Below, in pieces: positions 1 through 10,420 of a stretch of DNA of 17,516 nt (the first letter of the stretch is position 1; each line of letters opens with the position of its first letter). This stretch comes from Promethearchaeota archaeon (GTDB taxonomy: Archaea > Asgardarchaeota > Heimdallarchaeia > Hodarchaeales > Hodarchaeaceae), in the NCBI GenBank assembly GCA_048938105.1, contig JBHLMN010000036.1, forward strand, positions 1 to 17,516, written 5' to 3'. The position numbers and the translations under genes were made by a program. The notes beneath the pieces are model-generated. The model was not told the DNA's origin, made no database searches, and saw only the letters and a program-made list of their open reading frames with translations.

Positions 1-206
1 TTTCCAGTAGTCATTGCTCCTCCAACTGTATAAGGAGCAATAGCAGCATTTGACCAGTTGTTGAGACTATTAAAATCGTCTGTAAAAGTATATTCATAAG
101 AAGAAGCGATAACTGGGGGAATATTAATGACAAAAAGAAAAAAACACATGAATGTAAAAACTAATACGAGAGAAAAAGTTTCTTTTCTCATATGTCTAAA
201 TAACAA
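1..206 (-). CDS. N-terminal part of a secreted/surface protein with a signal peptide (runs off the left window edge)
   Basis: Manual translation, not in the ORF track: TTG at 206 (or ATG at 191) gives (MLFRH)MRKETFSLVLVFTFMCFFLFVINIPPVIASSYEYTFTDDFNSLNNWSNAAIAPYTVGGAMTTG, open to position 1. Basic N-region plus hydrophobic core and a VIA-S cleavage-like site; GGAGAGAGGT Shine-Dalgarno-like sequence just upstream of the TTG. Confidence 0.75.
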   Translation of the reverse strand, partial: MLFRHMRKETFSLVLVFTFMCFFLFVINIPPVIASSYEYTFTDDFNSLNNWSNAAIAPYTVGGAMTTG

Positions 207-444
207 ATTTACCTCTCTCCTTTAGGGAGGTTACACCAATTTAACTTAGGTTCCAATATTTTTAAACGTTTTGATCGTGCAGATTCTCTATTTAGTGGCT
301 TAAGAAAGCAGTTGAATTGCTATAATTAACTTAATTGACTCTAATATTATTTGCTTTCTCAAAATGTGTACAAATTAAGAAAGATAATTATAAGAATAGA
401 AGTTATCTAGCAATCACGGTAAAGTGTGGTTTGGTGTAAGATTA

Positions 445-978
445 ATGATGGCCGATAATGGAAATCGTAAAGAGTATCTACTTAATATTTCGATTCTCAG
501 CCATCCTGATGAATTAGTGAATCCATTAATTCAAAAATTAATTCAAACTTATCCTCGTCAGGCTACTTTCCATAAAACTTCATCTAAGTCAGAGAATACC
601 TTTATTCTCCAGTTAGAAATAGAAAATTGGTGTTTAACAATCTATCTTGTCCAACCCCTTAGTAGATACCTTGAGGAAAAGCTGTTATCACATTACTATT
701 CTGAAATAGCTGGATCAATCATTCTTTTTTCAACCGATAATCCAGAATCTTTTGAGGCAGCACAGATTTTTTATCAGCAGCTTCGGAAAATAAATGCGAA
801 CTTACCCGTTTTAATTACTTTTATTGAAGTATTAGGATCTGGAGCGCCGATTATTGACGAACCAGAGATTTTAGACTATGAACCTAATGTGACCTATTAT
901 GGAATTAGAAAAAACGATGAAAAAGCATTTAGTAAGATTATAGAAACATTTATTGGTAATTATTTTGGCATTCAGTAA
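445..978 (+). CDS. Rab/Ras-like small GTPase-fold protein with degenerate G motifs (putative pseudo-GTPase)
   Basis: About 177 aa from ATG 445/448 (the ORF track starts at GTG 424). HYYSEIAGSIILFSTDNPESFEAAQIFYQQLRK aligns by eye with the Rab segment [30 protein letters not shown], and EYLLNISIL with Rab DYLFKLLLI. GxxxxGKS/T, DxxG and NKxD are absent. Confidence 0.65.
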   Translation: MMADNGNRKEYLLNISILSHPDELVNPLIQKLIQTYPRQATFHKTSSKSENTFILQLEIENWCLTIYLVQPLSRYLEEKLLSHYYSEIAGSIILFSTDNPESFEAAQIFYQQLRKINANLPVLITFIEVLGSGAPIIDEPEILDYEPNVTYYGIRKNDEKAFSKIIETFIGNYFGIQ

Positions 979-1232
979 GAAAAAATATTAGGATTTTCAT
1001 TTTACTCGAAGAAAAAATGGGATAAAGCTCAAAATCATAGTTTCTACAACCTTCGATTACTTTCTTCTCTTGTAAAAACAATTTACAGCGTCTTTCTATT
1101 GAAAATTCGTTATTAATTATTCCCAACTCATCCTGTACCATTTCTAAAGGTAATCTATCATGATAGAAACAATTTATGAACTGTAAAAATACCTATTAGA
1201 GAGTAATTGATTGATAGAATATGGATATAGCC

Positions 1233-1250
1233 ATAAACCTTTTAAAGGGG
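1233..1250 (+). promoter_or_regulatory. putative archaeal BRE/TATA promoter for 1315..1626
   Basis: ATAAACC-TTTTAAA about 70 nt upstream of the start codon. Confidence 0.35.
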
Positions 1251-1314
1251 CATTTTTTGTAAATAAATACTTCAATATCTTAATGAAAAAAGAAGATCAA
1301 ATGAGGCATATCAG

Positions 1315-1626
1315 TTGTCATCTGTGTCTTGGGGCGATGCTTTCAGAGGGGCTATTCTCTGGGTGGTTTATTCTTGCGTTTGGTGGATTATAGGTGGCGT
1401 TATCCTATTTGTTGGTTTCTTTTTTAGTCTTGTGATGTTTGTGCCATTTACAGGAGACGGCGATTACATGATCACTCAAGCTATATTTGCTGTTTTATTG
1501 ATGTTAGCTTTCGACATAATAGGAGCAGCAATATGTTGTCTTGGCCAAGCTGCGTCCATGATAAAGGTAACCGCGGATACTACAGCAAGAGCGAGAGCCC
1601 TGCCGCCCAGGAGACCAATGTATTAA
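1315..1626 (+). CDS. small membrane protein with two long hydrophobic segments, unknown function
   Basis: 103 aa ORF with TTG start and GAGG upstream, two hydrophobic stretches, basic/Pro-rich C-terminal tail. Confidence 0.7.
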   Translation: MSSVSWGDAFRGAILWVVYSCVWWIIGGVILFVGFFFSLVMFVPFTGDGDYMITQAIFAVLLMLAFDIIGAAICCLGQAASMIKVTADTTARARALPPRRPMY

Positions 1627-1662
1627 AACTAGATGCTTACTCATATAGTAAGAGATTAAACT

Positions 1663-2214
1663 ATGTCATCTCGTGCCCTCTACAAATCACTGTTAACTAA
1701 TCATTTATTCTATCGGGTTCTTCTAGACTATATGCTAGCTCATCATCCTGAGTGTGCTTATTTTTCATCTCATACTTGGAAAGTGGGTTCCTTACGGTTG
1801 TGTAAATCATGTACAGGAGCTTTTCTCTTAACAATAGGATTATCTATAATTTTACTATTGTTTCCAAGATCCCTGACTTTATTTAGCAACCCCCAATTAG
1901 ACTTAGTACTCCTTTTACTATTAACACCATTCGTGATATTGTATCTAATCGGTGTTGGGAACAATAATATTAGAAATTTACTAAGGATTATATTCGTGAT
2001 TTTTGCGATAACTCTTGCATTATCTTTTTTTAGTGTTCCAATGGGTCTTGAAAAAATCCTGTTTCTAGCGTGGATTTCTGTTGGTTTTTTAGTCTTATAT
2101 AGACAAAGGAAAATAAAAATGTTAAAGATCTGTGATGCCTGTGAATATAAAGCAGACTTTAATCAGTGTCCTGGAACATATTCTTTTAGGAAATTAATCG
2201 CTAGTATTGGCTAA
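1663..2214 (+). CDS. 4-TM membrane protein with Cys/His motifs, DUF2085-like
   Basis: N-terminal AHHPEC...H....G...LCKSCTG resembles the DUF2085 CHQ...G...CARCTG motif; four hydrophobic helices; C-terminal CDAC...CPG. Starts 36 nt after the previous gene. Confidence 0.65.
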   Translation: MSSRALYKSLLTNHLFYRVLLDYMLAHHPECAYFSSHTWKVGSLRLCKSCTGAFLLTIGLSIILLLFPRSLTLFSNPQLDLVLLLLLTPFVILYLIGVGNNNIRNLLRIIFVIFAITLALSFFSVPMGLEKILFLAWISVGFLVLYRQRKIKMLKICDACEYKADFNQCPGTYSFRKLIASIG

Positions 2215-2337
2215 ATCAAATCGAAAAGCAGAGGCCCAAATACTATCTGTCGGAACCATTGGGGAGGTAAAAAAAGGAGTAGTAGAAAAGAGGATTATCA
2301 GCGCGATTCCAGCTGATAATTTATAAAATTTTATCAT
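2194..2337 (-). CDS. putative small signal-peptide-bearing protein (47 aa; 57 aa from ATG 2367) or remnant of a secreted-protein gene
   Basis: Manual translation: MIKFYKLSAGIALIILFSTTPFFTSPMVPTDSIWASAFRFDLANTSD*. GGGGGT upstream of the ATG and TTTATAA about 40 nt upstream on the minus strand. Below the ORF-track length cutoff. Confidence 0.35.
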   Translation of the reverse strand: MIKFYKLSAGIALIILFSTTPFFTSPMVPTDSIWASAFRFDLANTSD

Positions 2338-2506
2338 TAAAGAAACCCCCTGCTTTAATACTGCCATAAATCCTTATAAATATTCTTGAGGCAAATTTAT
2401 TCAATTTTTATATTCTTATTTTATTCACATGATTTGATATTCATGGAGAATGTTCTAATCTTTCAATAAGAGTTGTAAAATGGGAAAATACTTTAGGTTA
2501 TATATA

Positions 2507-2521
2507 GAAAAGTTTTATAAA
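2507..2521 (+). promoter_or_regulatory. putative BRE/TATA promoter of hsp20-cdc48
   Basis: GAAAAG-TTTTATAAA (purine-rich BRE followed by TATA box) about 55-65 nt upstream of the hsp20 start. Confidence 0.5.
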
Positions 2522-2575
2522 CTAGTTGTGAATAAATTAAATTAGAACTTAATTCGTATAACAAAGACTAAGGAT

Positions 2576-3022
2576 TTGATTATAATGAAGAACAACACAG
2601 ATAATTACGATGAAGACGATGATTTCAATTTTTTCTTTGATTTTCCTGCATTCCATATTTTCTGTAAAACTTTTTCTGGTATGAAACCTTTCTTTAGAAA
2701 GGGGATATCATTTAAACCTTGGGGGGACAGATTTAGAGGATATGGTGTCCCTATTACCCGAGTTAAGCGTAACCAGGAAGGATATACAATAACTATGGAA
2801 TTACCTGGAATTTCGAAGGATGAGATTAACCTTGAGGCAACTAGTGACGAGTTGTGGCTTTCAGCTCGTAATGAAGAGTTCAACAAAGAATACAAGCATC
2901 ATCTATACTTTCGAAGAGCTATCCGTTCCCCTGAGATGAACGCGACCTTAAAGGCTGGTATTTTGACCATCACAGTTCCTTATGTTGATAAAATTCCGAA
3001 AACAAGAGTTGATGTTAAGTAA
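2576..3022 (+). CDS. hsp20: small heat shock protein (Hsp20/alpha-crystallin family)
   Basis: Alpha-crystallin motifs YTITMELPGISKDEINL and ATLKAGILTITVP; C-terminal VxV (RVDVK); Phe-rich N-terminal region. Start may be ATG 2585. Confidence 0.9.
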   Translation: MIIMKNNTDNYDEDDDFNFFFDFPAFHIFCKTFSGMKPFFRKGISFKPWGDRFRGYGVPITRVKRNQEGYTITMELPGISKDEINLEATSDELWLSARNEEFNKEYKHHLYFRRAIRSPEMNATLKAGILTITVPYVDKIPKTRVDVK

Positions 3023-3071
3023 CCTTAGTATAAAGTTGTACTTTAATATTATTATTTCAAGGAGTGGATAA

Positions 3072-5276
<2,205 letters not shown>

Positions 5277-5294
5277 GAAGGATTCTACTTCCCA

Positions 5295-5308
5295 TTTTCT
5301 TTCTTTTT
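5295..5308 (+). terminator. oligo-T archaeal terminator-like tract after cdc48
   Basis: TTTTCTTTCTTTTT starting about 19 nt after the stop codon. Confidence 0.45.
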
Positions 5309-5447
5309 ATATTGAGATCAAAGGAATTTCATTATTTTGTTTCTTCTTAGTTAGATTACATTTCTTCTATACTCTTCTTTGAAATGATTTTATCGTAAAA
5401 TCTTTATTTATATTTTTAATATTAAATATTGATAGTTCATTTATGAG

Positions 5448-6236
5448 TTGACTATAATGAGTAGAGATTGTTTCGAAATCAGGGATGTTATTGACATTGA
5501 TCTAGAAGGAGGAACCCTGATAGAATGTTTTCCTTCCATTAGTGCATTAGCACTGATTACAGCCAACATTATTCTTGAATCTGCTGGTAGACGAGAATGG
5601 AACCTTGATCAGGTTGCTGTAGGTGATAGTAACAAGCTTCCAGCAATTTGTGTTGTCTATTATTCTAAACCTAAATTCCCAATTCGAATTTATGCGAGTC
5701 CTGAGGCAAAAATAGCACTACTTGCTTCAGAAATTCCCCAATATCCTCCCATAACCCGTGAAATAGGAAAAAAGATTTTTAGCTGGACTAAGGAAAAGGG
5801 AATTAAACGGATAGTTTCTGTAGAAGGATTTAAAAGTGATCAAACTCAACCTCCAAGAGAGCTGCCTTATCGTGTTTATGGAATTGGGACTACAGAATCT
5901 TGTAGGGAATTTTTGCGAGAGAAGAGAATCCCCCCATTAGATCACGGTGTAATAAAAGGCTTAAGCGCAGTTCTTCTAAATGAAGGCTGGTATAATCGTT
6001 CTGAAGTCATTGTAATTTTAGGAGAAATTCGACAACATTATCCAGAAATTAGAACAGCTGCTCGTGTGATTGAGGTGCTTAATCAGCTAATTCCCTCCTT
6101 AAACATTGGGATAGAACCTATTCTTGCTCAAGCTGAAAAGATTGAACAAATGGCTCTTTCAATGAGGAATCAAGCCCAAACTGCTATGATAGAAGAAGAA
6201 AGTCAGCGCCCTATTACGGATAAAACATATATCTAA
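5448..6236 (+). CDS. proteasome assembly chaperone family protein (PAC2/PbaA-PbaB-like)
   Basis: TLIECFPS (cf. lieGfPgiGlv), KFPIRIY, GVIKGLSAVLL, YPEIRTAARVIEVL and EPILAQAEKIEQ are typical of the archaeal PAC2 family; ends in TYI. Start may be ATG 5457. Confidence 0.85.
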   Translation: MTIMSRDCFEIRDVIDIDLEGGTLIECFPSISALALITANIILESAGRREWNLDQVAVGDSNKLPAICVVYYSKPKFPIRIYASPEAKIALLASEIPQYPPITREIGKKIFSWTKEKGIKRIVSVEGFKSDQTQPPRELPYRVYGIGTTESCREFLREKRIPPLDHGVIKGLSAVLLNEGWYNRSEVIVILGEIRQHYPEIRTAARVIEVLNQLIPSLNIGIEPILAQAEKIEQMALSMRNQAQTAMIEEESQRPITDKTYI

Positions 6237-6300
6237 GGTTATTATTGAGCTAATTAAAATGTAATCTCATTTTTAAAAGCCCTTGATTAGGTATGGTTGA

Positions 6301-7248
6301 ATGTCGATAATAAAAGATTTTTTCGATTTGTTGCGGATCAGCTTATGCATTCTTGCCAGTATCGTTATTATGATTGCTGGGTACGTTAGCTATCGTCTAA
6401 ATGGGATTAATGTAGTTGATTTTTCCCCTCAGAATTTTCTTGAATTTATTTTAGATAATGATATTGTTCCTTTGGATGGTGTCCTCCTAGGATTAATCGT
6501 TCCTTTCTCAATGATTGCAGGGACTCATGTAATTAATGATTATTTCGATTATTCAAACGATGTCATAAATCAACGTTTAGATCGTCCGTTGGTGAGAGGT
6601 ACAATAACTTTACCAATGGCTAAGAACATTGCAATTGGATTCTATCTCCTTGCTTTGTTTATAACAGTTATTGAGGTTGTATTTTATGGGCTTTCACCAT
6701 TATTAATTCTCTTCACATTATTTTTCATTGTATTAGGAGTAGGTTATAATTTGGGAGTAAAGAATTATGGAATAATTGGAAATATATGGGTAAGTACGGG
6801 GTATGTTGCCCCATTCCTAATGGGAACCTTACTCGTAGGGATAGCAAATAATTGGGTTAACTTGAATATCATTGTGATTTGCCTTTTTATCCTTTTTTTG
6901 GCTTTAGGCCGTGAAGTACTGAAGGATATCATGGATATCGAAGGAGATCTGGAGACGGGCAAGCGATCAGTGGCAATTTCTTTAGGTTCAGGTTGGGCTG
7001 CAAGGATTTCAGGTATAATTTATGTCTTAAGTATTTTTTTTGGTACTTTATTGTTGTTTCTAGGTTTTCGAAATAATCTGGTCTTTTTTACTGGTTTCAT
7101 GCTGTTAGTAGCCTTATTACTATTTACTACGGTCTTGTTAATCCGTAATCCTAACCTAGAGACTGCGATCAAAGGACGAAAATATACTCGTTGGTCATTA
7201 TGGTGGGCAACAGCTCTCATTTATCTAAGTAGCTTTTTCATAGCTTGA
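6301..7248 (+). CDS. UbiA-family prenyltransferase, digeranylgeranylglyceryl phosphate synthase-like
   Basis: Asp-rich motifs INDYFDYSNDVIN..DRPLVRG and REVLKDIMDIEGD...G, plus YN...K..G..GN and about 9 TM helices, as in archaeal DGGGP synthases. Confidence 0.85.
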   Translation: MSIIKDFFDLLRISLCILASIVIMIAGYVSYRLNGINVVDFSPQNFLEFILDNDIVPLDGVLLGLIVPFSMIAGTHVINDYFDYSNDVINQRLDRPLVRGTITLPMAKNIAIGFYLLALFITVIEVVFYGLSPLLILFTLFFIVLGVGYNLGVKNYGIIGNIWVSTGYVAPFLMGTLLVGIANNWVNLNIIVICLFILFLALGREVLKDIMDIEGDLETGKRSVAISLGSGWAARISGIIYVLSIFFGTLLLFLGFRNNLVFFTGFMLLVALLLFTTVLLIRNPNLETAIKGRKYTRWSLWWATALIYLSSFFIA

Positions 7249-7314
7249 ATCCAATCGCTGCTTATTCTAAGAATAAATAATTACACAAACGACTGAATCT
7301 GAAATTTAGCGAGA

Positions 7315-7608
7315 TTATTCCATCTCTTCAATCATTTCATTCAATTGAGCTTGGAGTTCTTCGTTAAGGTCACCAATCTCTGATATTCGTTCCCAGGAAT
7401 CAGGCGTTAAAGCATATCTCTGGAGAATTTCAGGAAGCTTTTGATTCCATTTATAAGCCCCCATCTGAAAACTAGGAGCATCATCTAGCACCTTTTGGAA
7501 TTCTAGTGATAGTTGGAGATAAACTCTTTGTTCTGTTGGAGATAGTTCAATGTGTTTAATAGGAGAAGGAAACTTAATTCTATCAGGATACAATTGATCT
7601 TCTTTCAT
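7315..7608 (-). CDS. hypothetical helical protein (about 97 aa)
   Basis: Probable ATG at 7608 (MKEDQLYPD...); the ORF track extends to 7668. Protein-like composition, fills the gap between genes, no recognised motif. Confidence 0.65.
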   Translation of the reverse strand: MKEDQLYPDRIKFPSPIKHIELSPTEQRVYLQLSLEFQKVLDDAPSFQMGAYKWNQKLPEILQRYALTPDSWERISEIGDLNEELQAQLNEMIEEME

Positions 7609-7900
7609 GAGTAGAATCACCTTAGAGAATCCACAGGGTTCCAGAATATATAAGAAAATCAGATACAAAGATAAGCAAATTTTTGAGCCCTTCTTCCCTT
7701 TTGTGTAAAAGAATTATATGCTAAATTATAATATTAATCTGAAAAAGAATTAATTAAGATATATACAATCCTCTATGTTGTCCTAAAATGTGCATTCAAT
7801 ACAAAATTCTTAGAGATATTAAGCTTTTATTTATAAATAGACATAACATGAGAGGATACGTAAAGAATTTGGTCGGACTAGCATTTGAGGAAGTGAATAG

Positions 7901-8728
7901 ATGAACTTTACATCCAATTATATAAACACCAAAGGTATTAAAATGCATTATTCAAGAACAGGTGGTAATAAACCACCTCTTATTCTTTCACATGGAATAA
8001 CAGACAGTGGATTATGCTGGGTTCCAATAGCTCGTGATCTAGAGGAATTTTTTGACATAATCATGGTTGATGCACGAGGACATGGACTTTCAGAAAGTCC
8101 ACCTACTGGATATTCAGTTGAAACTATGGTGAAAGATCTTATTGGATTAATTAAGGGACTTGAATTAGATCGACCAATTCTAATGGGTCACTCCATGGGA
8201 GCTCAAATTTCTGCTCGGACAGCATCTTTAGCTCCCCATTTAGTTGATAAATTGATCTTAGAGGATCCTGCTTTTAACTCAGGCATTCCATTGGTGCCAC
8301 ATTTTATTTTTAAGCGAGTAATGAAATTTTTATTGGCTCGTATGCTTATTAATCCACTAAAAGATCTATCACCAGATGAAATTCAAGCTAAATGTAAAAA
8401 AGATAATCCAAAATGGTCAGAAGACGAAATTCTTCATTGGACAGATTCTAAAGTCCAATTCCTCCAAAAAAACCCTATTCAAATGATAGGCTCCTTAACA
8501 AAATCAATGCCGAAAAATTGGGGTAAAATGGTCACGGGGATAGAATGCCCTGTTTTATTAATCATTTCGGATAAAGGAATGACTAAAAAGGAAGTAGCTA
8601 TTGAATTAACAGAAAAAATCTGGAAAAACAGCGAATTTGTTGAAATAAAAAATGCAGGGCATAATATCCGAAGAGAAAATTCCGTGGACTTTATGAAAGC
8701 AGTGAAGGGATTTTTAGCAATAGAATAA
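7901..8728 (+). CDS. alpha/beta fold hydrolase (esterase/lipase-like)
   Basis: LSHGITDS oxyanion region, DARGHGLS, nucleophile elbow GHSMG, LEDP, catalytic His in AGHNI; GAGG upstream. Confidence 0.93.
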   Translation: MNFTSNYINTKGIKMHYSRTGGNKPPLILSHGITDSGLCWVPIARDLEEFFDIIMVDARGHGLSESPPTGYSVETMVKDLIGLIKGLELDRPILMGHSMGAQISARTASLAPHLVDKLILEDPAFNSGIPLVPHFIFKRVMKFLLARMLINPLKDLSPDEIQAKCKKDNPKWSEDEILHWTDSKVQFLQKNPIQMIGSLTKSMPKNWGKMVTGIECPVLLIISDKGMTKKEVAIELTEKIWKNSEFVEIKNAGHNIRRENSVDFMKAVKGFLAIE

Positions 8729-8965
8729 TTATATTTGAGTTCCAATCTCGGATTTCTTTACCTAGAATCCGCCATGACTGTAAATGAGAGTTTCATACTT
8801 TTAACTAAGTATTTAGAAAACCAATATTCCTAAATCTATTAGATAAATAAACTTGTTATAATTCCAAGCAAGTTGAATTATTTGTAGATTATTTTCTTAT
8901 ATAAGTCTTCACAAATGGCTGGATACATGTATGTTTCTAGGTATATTCATATACAAATGAATAAT

Positions 8966-10243
8966 TTAAGGAGGAGAGATCCTTGTCAATCCATTCATAT
9001 ATGGTTGTAGAACTTTAGGAATATTAACTGATCCATCCTCTTGTTGGTAGTTTTCTAAGAGAGCACATAGAGTTCGTTCAGTAGCGATAGCTGTAGAATT
9101 CAACGTGTGAACGAAATCTTTTTCTCCTCCAGCTTTACCATAAGTAATATTGAGTTTTCTTGCTTGAAAATCAGTCACATTTGAACAAGAAACTAACTCT
9201 CTATAAGTTTCTTGGGCTGGAAACCAGGCCTCAAGATCATATTTTTTAGCTGCATTATCATTTAACTCACCTGAAGCAATATTAACGATTCTATATGGAA
9301 TTTCCAGTCGTTGGTACAATTCCTCTGCATTCTTAATCATTTCTTCGTGCATTTTCTCTGAAGTTTCAGGGTGGGTAAAAATAAACTGTTCCACTTTATT
9401 AAAATGATGTACACGGAAAATCCCTTTTGTATCCTTTCCATGTGAACCCGCTTCACGACGATAACACAGAGAAATCCCGCAATATTTTCGAGGTAAAGTG
9501 TCTACATCAATAAGTTCATTCATATGGAATGCTGCAAGAGGTTGTTCTGACGTAGCAATGAAAAAGACATCTTCTTTGGGATCATTGTATAATGCCTCTT
9601 TAAAATCACCTAGTTCACTCGCTCCCTCCATTGCTTTACGACGAAGAAAAGGAGGAGTCCAAAAAGGAGTAAATCCACGTTCATTTACTAAAAAGTCCAA
9701 TGCAAACTGAATCAAGGCTAAATTTAAAAAAACCATATGATTAGTAAGGAAGTATGTTCTTGCGCCGCTAACTTCAGCAGCTTTCTCAATATTCGCAAGA
9801 CCGAGGGATTCAACTAAATCAGTATGACCTTGAATTGGAAAAGTATAATTGGCTATTTTTCCCCATTTACGTAAAATTACGTCACCTTCTTCCGTTGCAG
9901 CAATCGGAACACCAGGTAATAAAATATTCCCAATACTGTAACGAATCTTATCTCTTTCTTCTAATGCATCATTAGCTAATTTCTCTAGTTTAGAAATTTC
10001 CAATTTAATTTGATTTACACGATCTTTAAGTGCTGTGATATTTTCCCCTTTCTTTTTCTTGGGACCAATTTGGCGACTAATTTGATTTCTTTCTTTACGT
10101 AAATCATTCACTTGTTGTAATAAAGATCGCCATTTCGAATCTAATGCGATAACATCACCTACACGATTGGGATCTCTAAAGCGTTTAGTTTCTGAGTCAC
10201 GAATAATCTGGGGATTTTCACGAAATACTTTGATATCAATCAT
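8966..10243 (-). CDS. serS: serine--tRNA ligase (class II, standard rather than methanogenic type)
   Basis: N-terminal coiled-coil arm, ATSEQPL, motif 2 YRREAGSHGKDTKGIFRVHHFNKVEQF, AAKKYDLEAWFP, ELVSCSN, motif 3 HTLNSTAIATERT; GAGGT Shine-Dalgarno upstream. Confidence 0.97.
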   Translation of the reverse strand: MIDIKVFRENPQIIRDSETKRFRDPNRVGDVIALDSKWRSLLQQVNDLRKERNQISRQIGPKKKKGENITALKDRVNQIKLEISKLEKLANDALEERDKIRYSIGNILLPGVPIAATEEGDVILRKWGKIANYTFPIQGHTDLVESLGLANIEKAAEVSGARTYFLTNHMVFLNLALIQFALDFLVNERGFTPFWTPPFLRRKAMEGASELGDFKEALYNDPKEDVFFIATSEQPLAAFHMNELIDVDTLPRKYCGISLCYRREAGSHGKDTKGIFRVHHFNKVEQFIFTHPETSEKMHEEMIKNAEELYQRLEIPYRIVNIASGELNDNAAKKYDLEAWFPAQETYRELVSCSNVTDFQARKLNITYGKAGGEKDFVHTLNSTAIATERTLCALLENYQQEDGSVNIPKVLQPYMNGLTRISPP

Positions 10244-10420
10244 ACTAACCTCTATCTCCTGTAAGAGGTAATAAATCAGTTTTAGTATCTAATTGAGGCC
10301 TAAATCTTTTTAATTTTAAATGTATTAGATATCAGGAGACATCTTTTGAAAGAAAAAAAGCACGGAAGAATAGAAAGATATTCTCTTGACAATTAATCAT
10401 TTTAATATTTATAGTATCTC

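Noticed and set aside
950-1141. 63-aa minus-strand ORF
   Set aside because: No recognisable motif or Shine-Dalgarno and it overlaps the end of the GTPase-like gene. It could be a remnant but cannot be supported.
1211-1393. 60-aa plus-strand ORF
   Set aside because: Overlaps the better-supported 1315..1626 gene in another frame and spans its putative promoter.
1612-1626. C-terminal PMY of the small membrane protein as an HbYX motif
   Set aside because: Tyr is the terminal residue rather than penultimate, so it does not fit the motif.
2294-2336. Inverted repeats considered as an ncRNA, transposon end or CRISPR repeat
   Set aside because: A single short hairpin with no repeat-spacer array, no transposase and no tRNA or sRNA structure.
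2447-2456. AGAATGTTCT, resembling a eukaryotic heat-shock element (nGAAnnTTCn), upstream of hsp20
   Set aside because: Only two pentamer units, expected by chance, and no HSF-type regulator is evident in the window.
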